Positions 52,751-64,000 of a stretch of 64,000 bases of DNA are shown in pieces. The notes below the pieces were generated by a model that saw only the letters and a list, made by a program, of their open reading frames with translations, searched no databases and was not told the origin of the DNA. Position 1 is the stretch's first letter; each line of letters begins with the position of its first letter. Made by a program: the position numbers and the translations under genes. This stretch comes from Octopus vulgaris (taxonomy: Eukaryota): contig OX597826.1 of the NCBI GenBank assembly GCA_951406725.2, positions 55,490,001 through 55,554,000 of the forward strand, written 5' to 3'.

Positions 52751-55077
52751 AAAGTACCATCTTTCTTACAGAGCTCAGACAAATATATAAGGATACATGC
52801 ATATGCAACGAGATTGTGAGTTCGAGTCCTGAACAGGGTAGTGAGTTGTGTTCTAGAGAAAATCATTTCATTTCGCGATGCTCTGCGATCGCTTCGACAT
52901 TTTACGTTTGGTATACCGTACACCTGTACAAGCAATGTCAATATGATGGAAAGGTTGAGCTAAAGCGCAACACAAACATTTGATCTCTATAAGCAAATCA
53001 TGTGTGAAGTTTTCACAGATCTCGGACATCGAGAGAATGCCATTATTATAGTTATATACTGAATATGGTCATAAACGTAAAATAATCATACACTGGTGAG
53101 CAGTGAGTGTGCAATATATGCAGGTTGTCCCAATGCAGCTCATATAATTTACTACTGCATCTGACATTGTGTCGCATATTTCTCACCTCGGCGGCGGGAT
53201 ACATATCTGGGTAGATACAGCTTGGATGTTATCTCATCGTTCGGCCGACTACAGATGCCATAGAAACGCTTGATTAGGGTTAAGCACAATAACAACAGCA
53301 ACAGAAATGGCGTGATGGAGTTTATTTGCTTTTATATGTCTCGCCCATCATTGTTTTTTTTTTCTCATCAGGTTTGGGCCGAGGCTAAATATCAATAAGA
53401 AGAACGATCGAACATGTAAACGATTGTACCCCCTGTGAGAGAAACAGCAATCAAAACACTTTTATATCACACCGTACCACTTCAGAATAGGTGACATTAG
53501 GTAATACTAAGACTAGCTGAACAAACTAGAACGCATTTAATGCAACGCATTTAACCATCGGTCAGCAGGATCAAATTTGACTCGGGAATGAACAATAAGA
53601 ATAAAAATAACTGTAATTTGGTGCACTGTTGGCACCAAATATTTGACCATTTAGTTCAGTCATGAGAAAAATGCGACTCGCCGGGCTTTCGGAAAGGTAC
53701 ACCGAACGAAAAAGCATCATTGGTATTTTTTGGTTGCGCGGCCTTTCCTGATGATGACACATGTCTTATATTGCCTGCTTCCCCAAAAAGGGGTTGCCTA
53801 AACGTGATTTAGTCTGAGATAAATACACATCATATCGAAGGAATGGATTCAGGATGTAGACAAATGTACGTACTGAGGCTCATACCTTAACCAAGAGTGT
53901 TTCTGAGACAAAAGAAATATCGGCAACAGAATCGAATCCGGATCGCTAAATTGCATCTTTAGTAGCATATCATCACATAAGCATCAACGTTTGCCGTTCG
54001 TCGTATCAATCTCTTAATGATCTTTTAATGAGATCAACCGATGTCGACTTGTAATGTTTTGTGCAAATAAAAGCATTCGTTATTTTATTTTATGTATGTA
54101 TGAATAGATAGAAAATACTGTTATGTAATTCCTTAAGGGAGTTGCAAGCAAATACTTCGTTCATCTAGAGAAGTGTTTATTGAATAGAGACAAAGAGAAC
54201 TAATACAAATGAATCGATAATTTATACTGGTCTCAAGTGAGAGGTGTTGAGTTGTTGAGCTAAATACGACAACGCTGCCTTGTAAATAGAACAGCAGAAA
54301 GGATGTAGTTAGAAACCACCACCACCACCACTACCACCACTACTATCAACAACAACAGTAACAACAACAATAATAATAATATTAGTTTAGGATTGTCAGC
54401 AGGACAACAGATGTTATAAAACTAAGGATGTGGATGCGACTTAGTCAGTGGTTGATGCGAAATCCTTCGTTGTCAATAGATAAAAATAATATCAAAGCTA
54501 TTGGCGAAAGTCCACGAGAGATGATTGATATCGTTTAATGCTGTTGATCTAATACACAGCAGTCATTACAGCTATAATACTGTTCCTATTTCCGCGTCTG
54601 TAATTCGCAGTTGATACTAATGCCATAACTGGAATAAATAAGGAGTTCGGTTAAAGAGCTGGCTAGTACAATTGAATCGTTCCCTTGTCCGTACGCGTAG
54701 CTTCAATGTGGATCATTAAAAGAGTCGAACTGAACTCAGTTAATGATATCATCACGGTCCAGGGTCTTCGCTTAGAAATATGTAATTAAATGAATTATTA
54801 CATCTAACAGTAGGAAATTTGTGGAGATTCAGGTAGCTTTCGTAAGCTACTAGTACTGAGTTCGGATCTTCTCTCTGCTCTGGGCCCTCACACAAGTTTT
54901 TATAGACTTTTTGTAAACCATGGAAGGGTGCGAACATGAAATGGGTAAATGGCTTCAAATTCTTGGGATCGTAGACAGGAAGCTCCGGCAGAAGCAACGG
55001 TCAGTTTTGGTCAGTATTGAACGAGATGTCTGCAATATGGTCAAACAAACCTAATGACCTCAAAATATCTGTTAATC

Positions 55078-55329
55078 CTTTACTTGTTTCAGTCATTATA
55101 CTGCGGCCATACTGGGGCACCGCCTTGAGAGAGATTTTAGTCGAGTGAATCGACCCCAGTACTTACTTCCTTTTTAAGCCTGGGACTTATTTTATCAGTC
55201 TGTTTTGTCGAACCGCTAAATTACGGGGACATAAACACACCAACGCCGATTGTCAAGCGGTACGGAGATGGAAACACACATATATTATATACATACATAC
55301 ATACATACATACATACATACATACATACA

Positions 55330-55365
<36 letters not shown>

Positions 55366-55911
55366 TCCACCTGGCTTCTTTAAGTTTCCGTTGGCCAAAT
55401 CGCCACACAAGAAGTTAGTCGGCCAGAGGCTACATTAGAAGATACTTGCCCAAGATGCCGCATAGTAGGATAACATCCAAGGCAGTGAGGTTTGGAAACA
55501 TACTTCTTTATTTCATTATTTTGGCTATGAAAGCCGTACACAGATGAAGAAGCTGCGGGCTGGACAAATACATTAATGAGATGAGGTGAATGATGAACAG
55601 CATGGTATTGATGAGAGAAGACAAAAGCCGCCCACCGATCTTTGCTTCTCTAAAACATTATTCTTTTGTGAACTTACAATTTGAGGCAATAAACCTCTTA
55701 CCAATATTTCTTTTGCACTCAAGGTCCTTACAATGAGGCACTAAGCCTCTTACCTCAGATGACACCATGTCCTTGAAATGAGGCACTTGGCCTCTTACAA
55801 TTTTCTTCTGATATGCCATATGCCCTTTCAATATGAGGCGCTCGTCCTCTTACTTTTACAATTTACCGCCCCGCGCTAAAACTTCTTACCACACGGCTAC
55901 GCCTGTGCCTA
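55078..55911 (-). mobile_element. Old SINE family A copy interrupted by a ~375-bp insert
   Basis: Tail 55078-55260, (ACAT)n, body 55365-55500, insert ~55502-55880, head remnant aacttcttaccacacggctacgcctgtgcct 55880-55910. Confidence 0.75.
55674..55853. repeat. Four palindromic ~28-bp repeats separated by 17-24-nt variable linkers
   Basis: TGAGGCAATAAACCTCTTAC (55682), TGAGGCACTAAGCCTCTTAC (55734), TGAGGCACTTGGCCTCTTAC (55779), TGAGGCGCTCGTCCTCTTAC (55834). Confidence 0.8.
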
Positions 55912-56289
55912 TATGTATAGTTATTTGTTTTTTAGATTTGCTGTAGGAAGCATATTGAGATATAGATCGAAATGCAGAATACTTACAGAAGCAATAGAAG
56001 CAGGCTGGGTGGTTTTACCAAAATGTTTGAAGAGAGAGAAATCGTTTCTTTGAAGCAAAATTTACTGAGCAGTTTATTGTAGGGAAATCCATTACTATTA
56101 ACAGAAACCATAAAACGACGCATTACTCTTGGCGAAAAAAATGGTAAATTTTATAATTCCTTCGCCAAATCTGCTGCATTATGGGAACCAGGTAATGATG
56201 AAAGAAGTAAATGTAGAAATTGTCAAATATATATGCAGGTGATTCTACAGCGCACGGAGCTGAAAAATACTTCTTGCAGACGTTATATG

Positions 56290-56470
56290 CGGCTGGTCCA
56301 TGGAAGAGGATGTCTAGTGAGATCCGTGTGTACTCAAGATGATACGATAGCAGTTCTGTCTCAACAGCTATGCATTTAAATAGATCAATTCTATATCCTT
56401 CACCAAGTCTTCGCATTGACAAGTTCAATCACTATCCAAATATCTGCAATCTAAGAATGGTGGTATCAAT
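56290..56470 (-). pseudogene. Possible ancient RTE-type LINE fragment
   Basis: - strand ...IWIV.NLS...RIDLFKCIAVET... and DIL(L)WT-like remnants loosely resemble RTE C-terminal IWKSNLS..K..FF.A.V.S and DILLWTP. Confidence 0.25.
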
Positions 56471-56663
56471 AATCTGGCATTGCTCTAACCAATTCTGTCA
56501 TCAGTGATATATTATAAATTCCTTTTAACTAAACGGTGATATATCAATAACTAATAATATTTAGATTTGTGTTTTTGCGTTGTCACTTTATCTTCCTACA
56601 TCAGTCGTTTGAATAATCGGTTACGTGAAAATGAGTCTTTGCGACACAAGTAACATTTCTTGC

Positions 56664-56728
<65 letters not shown>

Positions 56729-57105
56729 TATATGTTGTATGTACGAACATTGACCTATTCTCGTTATTTATATATATGAATATATACACACATATGAGTA
56801 ATTATGTGTATAGTTATAGTTATACACGTTTAGCTATAAAAAATGTCTATAGGGATACAAGCGGATCACATGCAGGCATTTATTAGCCTTCGTTTTCAAA
56901 TACGGGCACACATATATACATTAATAGAGTAGAGATGCACAATCACACACGAATATATAGTGTGTGTGCCTCTGTGTGTGTGTGCATGCGTGTGTGTGTG
57001 TGTGTGTGTATGTGTGTATACATATATCTAATACGAACATATATACAACATATCTATATGAATGCGTACAATACATATATGTATATATATATATATATAT
57101 ATATC

Positions 57106-57180
<75 letters not shown>

Positions 57181-58428
57181 ATGTATGTATGTATCGTATA
57201 CATATACGTATACAGCCACACATTGAGAAGCAAATTCCCCCATTAATCATGAAGGAGGTAACATGATCTATGTCAACAACTCTCCGCTTCACACCACGAA
57301 GCACACAATAAGTGACCTCATGTGGAGTCTGTGCTATACAAAATAAAGCAAATACTTAAGAAATGTTCAAACACGAATCGTGGTTCCTCCTAATCTTCCG
57401 ATGCCCCAGATCCTGTGTTTGATTTCAGGGAAATTATTAAGAGGAATGGCAAATACTAGAGTCTGAAAGGAAACCATTGTTGTTGGGAAGAACCTGAGAA
57501 AGAAAGAAATGAATAGCGAAGCCCAACCTTCAGTAGGTGTTTGGTTGCCGAGTAGGAAACGAATGTATGTATAAATATCCGTGTAAAGGTACGCTTACAT
57601 CTATGTATACGTACGTAGATATATACAACCCCACCACACACACGCACATACGCACGCACACACACACACTCATAAACACACACTCATACACACACGTATA
57701 AATGTGAATGTATAGACATTTCTTCTATGTATATACTTACTAGTTGTGTGTGTGTGTGTGTCGACGTACATGGATACATACACACACACACATATATATA
57801 TATACATATATATGCATGTATGCACATTTATGCATACATACACACACACACACATATAAAAAGAGAGAGAGAGAGAGTGTGTGTGTGTGTGTGTTTGTGT
57901 GCCAGACTTACAGTCAGAGAAGCAAAAATTCGACGAAGATGTGTCTCCGTCGTTTTCGACGATTAGCACTAAAGTTCTTAAATAACCCAAACTGATTTAT
58001 ATTGTAAACCACAGTCAGATATACTGTTTATATCAATTTCTAGCAAGAATGTTCCTTTCCACCAAAAGCACAAGACGTGAAATTTGCGGAGGGGGCTAGT
58101 GGATTGTATTGGTTCCGGTGTTTCACTGGTACTTAATTTTTCGACCCCGAAAGCATTAAAGGCAAAGTTGACCTCGGTGTAATTTGAAATCGAGGAACAG
58201 ACAGACGAAATATGTTGTGGAAAACATATATGTATGCATTCATATAGATATATACATATGTGTGTATGTTCGTATTAGATACATACATGCGTACATGTAT
58301 ATACATACATACGCATATATATTCATACATATATATATACACATGCGTATACATATATATATATATATATATACACATATTTGTACATTATATATGTATA
58401 CAAACATTCATACGCAGACACGCACGCG

Positions 58429-58464
<36 letters not shown>

Positions 58465-59399
58465 CATATGTATATATAGACACATACACGGATACATACA
58501 TATGTCTGTGTGTGTTGCTGTGTGTCTATGTGTGTGCGCATATGTATGTATAACTAAACGAACGTATATACAAATGTATATACACACCTATATACATTCA
58601 TGTATACATAATAAAAAGTATATATTTATGCCTACCATGTGTGCGTGTATGTGTGTGTGTGTCTGTGTGTGTGTGTGTGTGTGTATGCGGTTGTCGGTGG
58701 TAACAATTCGTTGTAGAAGGAATGTGACATGTTTTGAACAAAAGCGTCTCTTTTATGAAGCTGTGTTCAATGGACTCGGCTAACCTTGTTCAGTGTTGTG
58801 AATATAACACACGGACCAATTAAAAAAAAAGAAAAACAAAAAGAAAAGCCAATAACACTGCCAACAATTGAGCAATTTTTTTGTTGTTCTTCTCTACACT
58901 TACTCTTGTCCATTCTTTACAAACACTGATTGGTGTATACGTAATTAAGAAGAAAAGACTCGTTTAAATATTAAACTGTGTGATAACAGCGTGAGGCAAG
59001 CAATTTCCTTTTTCTTCTATCTTATTTTGTTTTTTTGTTTTTATTTAGTTTTTGCACGCTTTTATGCTAATCATTTGATTATTATTCGTGGAAGCTAATG
59101 GTGGTGGTTCTGTTTGATTCAGGCGGTTGACATCTGTCACGTGCAATGACTTCGCCATATTCAAAGTAGACACACGCTATAACATACATACGTACACAGA
59201 CACACACACTCATACACTTTATCTCTTTCACAGACAAATACATATATATATATATAGATTCACTAAAATTCAAATCTCTGCCCTAAGCCTATGATGTCTC
59301 CAGCTTAAATTAAAAGCCGGAAGAATAACCATATTGACAGTTGGATGTCGCTAAAGTATCCAAAGTCTCCAGCTACGTGAAAGCTAATAAAGGTTTGTG

Positions 59400-60560
59400 A
59401 TTTAGGCTCAGGACTTGAAATTTGGACGAGGGAATCATCGATTAAATCGAGCCGAGTTCTTGATTGGCACTTCATTGTGAATGAAAGGTAAAGTTAACCA
59501 CGGCGAGATATGAACTCAGAAAATAAATTGTCGGGACAAACAGTCACAAGGCCAGCAATATTATGAGAGAGTTTAAGTCGATTAAATCGACCCCCAGTAC
59601 TGCAATGCTATCTATTTTATCGAAATGATGAAAGGCAAAGTCGACCTCGGCGGAATTTGAACTCAGAACGTAGCGGCAGACGAAATACCGCTAAGCATTT
59701 CAGCCGGCGATCTAACCTTTCTGCCAGCTCGCCGCCTTTGTTCAACCTAATATTATAACTTCCGATTTCGCTACATGATCAGAAAAAATAAACGAGGCTT
59801 ATTAAAGATTAAAAGAGTTGCTTTTGTTGTTTGGTATATATTTCATCAATACCGGGATGTTTAAAAGCTAAATCTGTATCGGTGTGATTTGAATTCAGAG
59901 CTTAAAGTGACTTAACTAAATCTCGCTCGACAATTTGTCCGTGACTCTACTGTTTCGACCACCTTATTTCTTTAATGCACAAGGACAAGTCTTTTTTGTG
60001 TTGCTCCGTAAAGGATGAAAGATTAAAGCATCATTAACCTCTGTGGGGATAGAACTGATAATACAAAACGAATTGATTAAACAACATGAAGCTTCTAATT
60101 CGATACCGTTCTTGAGCATCATACACTGTCTCTAAAAATACTGTTTTTTCTTGAGTCCAAGCAGTCCTAAAACAAGTTTAGACCAGTGGTGCCTAGAGTA
60201 GAAAAGAATCGTTAGTACGCTGTTACGTTCTGAGTTCAAATTCCACCGAGGTCGACTTTGGCTTTTATCCTTTCGGGGTTGGTAAATTAAGTACCAGTTA
60301 CGCACTGGCGTTGATATAATCGACTTAATCTGTTTGTATGTCCTTGTTTGTTCTCTCTGTGTTTAGCCCCTTGTGGGTAGTAAAGAAATAGGCATTTCGT
60401 CTGCTGCTACGTTCTCAGTTCAAATTCCGCCGAGGTCGACTTTGCCTTTCATCCTTTCGGGGTCGATGAATTAAGTACCAGTTGAGTATTGGGATCGATG
60501 TAATCGAATTACCCCCTCCTCCATAATTTTAGGCCCTGTGCTTGTAGTAGAAAGAATTAT
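59400..60560. mobile_element. SINE family B fragments: - strand 59400-59740, + strand 60180-60560
   Basis: Repeated GAAAGGCAAAGTCGACCTCGGCGGAATTTGAACTCAG and its reverse complement. Confidence 0.8.
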
Positions 60561-61709
60561 AGCTAAACACTTGGTAACGGAGTGTCAGATCTAAGCAGTG
60601 CAGTGTTATATAATGCACCATTGTAATAAGTGTTAATACATCGGACAGGATGAGAAATTCGTGGAAATGTACTCCGAGTGTATTCGATCGTGAGAGCAAA
60701 AGCAAACATTCCCTAACATCCATTACATTAATTCAGCTTTAGGGAAAAATCTGGAATTTCATAGAAACGGTTAATTGTCTTTGTCACAAATAATTAAATA
60801 ACTGAGAGTCGTATTTGGTGAAGTCGATAGACAAGAAGACTGGAGAATCTAACATTTCAGAGTTTTACTATTTGTCTGAAAGTGAATGAGAAAGAGAAGG
60901 TAACATTGCTGAATCGGTCATCACAGCAATAGAACTGATGAAACTCTTCAACTTTTTGAATTCCTGTATTAATGTGAGGGAAACCGTAGTTAAGCAGCAT
61001 CAACGCAATAGATTTTTTTTTTGTTGTTAGTTTAGAGAAAAAGAAAAACTCGTACACCGAATTTGAATTTTCTCAACAATTTCTCAACCCCTTACAAAAC
61101 TTGCTATTGTGTCTAACCAGAAAAAAAAAATGTTAAAAAAAACAACAACAAAAAAAAAAGAAGAGCAAAAACGAAAATGTTAATTTTGATTTTTTTTTTT
61201 CTTCATTCTTGAACAGTGTGTGAAAGTTCCTTTCTGCCAAAGTGTAAAAAAAAAAAAAGAAAATGAAAATGCAACTGAGTAAAATTTTAGTTCCATGCAA
61301 TAATAAATTCTGACTGAGTTCCAAATGTCTTGAGAATATAAAGGCAAAACCACTAAATACAAAAAACAAAAACACAAGCATAATGTTTGAAATGTTCTGT
61401 TTCCGCCTCTCCCTGGCCCTTCACCTTGAATATATTTCTACATGATGAATCTTTTTGCTAATAACTACAAACAAAACAGACGGAGTAAATGGTTAGATTG
61501 TTAATATTATTATTAGTACTATTCTTCTTCTTCTTATTATTATTATTATTATTATTATTATTCGTATTATTTTTAATAGTTGTTGCAGAGAATTCTCGTG
61601 TTCCATTTCTCGTTGCACGCAAACAACTCTTCTGCATATTGTTGTGTTTATATGAATATGGTAATACCAAGAGAGTGTTTTCTAATGTAAGAGGCGGTGG
61701 TGGTGGGGT

Positions 61710-62117
61710 GAAGAGAAGAAGAAGAAGAAGAAGAAGAAGAAGAAGAAGAAGAAGAAGAAGAATGAAGGGATGGATGGGGAGAAGGGAGAGGAGAAAGAGT
61801 GGGGCGAACTGAAAAGTTTGAAGGAAACAGAATAGGAGGCAGACAAAATAATGAAGAGGAAGGAATGGAAGAAGAAGAAGAAGAAGAAGAAGAAGAAGAA
61901 GAAGAAGAAGAAGAGGAGGAGGAGGAGGAGGAAGAAGAAGGAGAAGAAGAAGAAGAAGAAGAAGAAGAAGAAGAAGAAGAATGAAGGGATGGATAAGGAG
62001 AAGGGAGAGGAGAAAGAGTGGGGCGAACTGAAAAGTTTGAAGGAAACAGAATAGGAGGCAGACAAAATAAAGAAGAGGAAGAAATGGAAGAAGAAGAAGA
62101 AGAAGAAGAAGAAGAAG
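61710..62117. repeat. 219-bp tandem duplication of a polypurine unit bounded by (GAA)n
   Basis: AATGAAGGGATGGAT...GGCAGACAAAATAA unit starts at 61761 and 61980. Confidence 0.9.
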
Positions 62118-62151
62118 GGTCGTATGATTACGTTGCTACCAGTGAGTATTG

Positions 62152-62183
<32 letters not shown>

Positions 62184-62950
62184 ATTAGTGGCGGTAATGC
62201 TGCTGGTCTTAGTGTTAACGATGTGTATATATTTTTTTGTCTTCCTGTCAGTATCTATGCGTGTATATAAGTGTGTGTAAATGTGTGTTTGTATGTGCTT
62301 CTGTGCGTAGCGTCTAGCCAGAATAAAGAGAATTCTACACGTTCTACAAGAGAACCAATACTGATGAAATCGATAAGAATGTGAAATGCTTATCTAAAAT
62401 TCTGCAGTTCGTGCCCAGCAACTGTTTCTGTGAAGTACCCATAAGCCGAGTCTGGTTTTCACTTAGATGTATGCAACGCATAAAGAAATACAGCTCATGG
62501 AAGGGCGGCTCGATGTAAGTCGGTTGATGGATGGATAAATGATGGCTAACACAGTTGTGGTGATTCTACGGTCAATAGAATCGAATACACTATTCTGAGA
62601 CCGTAGACTATCAGGAATACTAGCTTCAAAATGAAATATGCTAAAGGCGACCTGGCAGTATTAAACTGTGATGCCGATTGCTTATTGTGTAGTGGAACAC
62701 TTTTCAAATTTGTTCATCAATGCTGTTTGATGAGGAAGTGCATGCAACAACCAATGAGGGTGCCTCGAGGCGATCATACACCACAAGTGTATAGATCGAC
62801 CACGGAGGTAGCCCTTGGATAATCCGTTCAGTTGTAAGGTGGAAGTAGCAGCTAAATATGATTTGAATCAAAAACCAGTCTGAAGTATATAAAGAGACAT
62901 AAGAGAGCTGGACTATCAACTGAACAGGCTTTGAATATCACTGCCATATA

Positions 62951-63452
62951 TGTTCCTTCTCGAGCCATGCCAGGCTCATAAGGGCCAGTTTCCCGGTTTC
63001 AGTGGTGTAGAAATTCCTCACCTGTACAGAACGCCGGTCCGTTGCAGGATTACTAATTTTTGCCAGTTGAGTGGACTGGAGTAACGTGAAACGAAGTGTT
63101 TTGCTCAAGAACACAACGCATCGCCCGGTCCAGGAATCGAAACAACAACCCTGCGATCATGAGCTCAACAACCTAACCACTAAGCCACGCGCCTCCACAA
63201 ATAAGTGTTCCTTCTCGAGGCATGCCAGGCACATAAGGGCCGGTTTCTCGGTTTCAGTGGCGAAGAAATTCCCCTGCTGGATGGAACGCCAGTCCATCGC
63301 AGCGTTACTTATTTTTTCCAGCTGAGTGGACTGGAGCAACGTGAAAATGAAGTGTTTTGCTCAAGAACACAACACATCGCCCGATCCAGAAATCGAAACC
63401 ACAACCTTACGGTCATGAGCTCAACACCTTAACCACTAAGTCACGCGCCTCC
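62951..63452 (-). mobile_element. Two head-to-tail tRNA-headed SINEs (family C/D hybrid type)
   Basis: Copies 62951-63197 and 63205-63452, both tgttccttctcgag...aaccactaag(c/t)cacgcgcctcca on + strand. Confidence 0.85.
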
Positions 63453-63853
63453 ACTCACTGCTATATATACATACACAAAAATGCTCACACACACACATAC
63501 ACACATTCACACACATGTGTATGTATATGTGTGTGTGAGTGGTATGTGTGAACCTAACACATTTTCTTTTTCCTAACACGCTTGCCTCTTTAGTTGTTTA
63601 CTTATATCTCTTCTGCTGTGCATCGACTCCTCCTGGAATTCTTTTTAGTACTCGAAGAAAGACAATATTCGAAACGTTATACTTGTACTCTACAAACGTT
63701 ATTCTTTTTTCTATTCTCTTTGAGCGCCGGCTTAATAATACTGTGGCCACCGCTTGGACATTTGTCGTATGTTATTTTGTATATTCGATTTACTTCTCAT
63801 ATATGTATATATATGAGTGTATGTGTGTGTGTGCGTGTGTATGTGCGTGTAAT

Positions 63854-63927
<74 letters not shown>

Positions 63928-63950
63928 GAAAGACAGATAGACAGACAGAC

Positions 63951-64000
<50 letters not shown>

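Noticed and set aside
54752-54997. 81-aa complex-looking ORF
   Set aside because: No recognisable motif or splice signals; length expected by chance.
55674-55853. CRISPR array
   Set aside because: Eukaryotic context, only four degenerate repeats, short partly related linkers, no cas genes; kept only as an unexplained mini-array.

Overview
AT-rich, repeat-saturated eukaryotic DNA with no intact protein-coding gene that I can support. The SINE families and the very high (TA)n/(CA)n/(TATG)n/(GATA)n/(AAT)n/(GAA)n load look like an octopus (coleoid cephalopod) intron or intergenic region; this is inferred from recalled repeat consensus, not from a search. The long ORFs in the track are almost all microsatellite or SINE read-throughs. 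Supportable content: many copies of three to four tRNA-headed SINE families, several with clear target-site duplications (TSDs); decayed retroelement relics (Penelope-like RT/GIY-YIG, an R4/Dong-type restriction-like-endonuclease LINE, an I/Jockey-type RT, a possible RTE); two Tc1/mariner relics; and a 26-bp minisatellite with a 77-bp higher-order repeat and an inverted partner block. The most interesting signal is a set of short non-coding elements, mostly lodged in or beside (TA)n tracts, that carry minimal hammerhead-ribozyme-like motifs. Two of them are long foldback hairpins (51-537, 24597-24990). They occur in the same window as a Penelope-like relic ending in the same kind of motif. A few minus-strand exon-like segments may belong to a host transcript, but this is weak.
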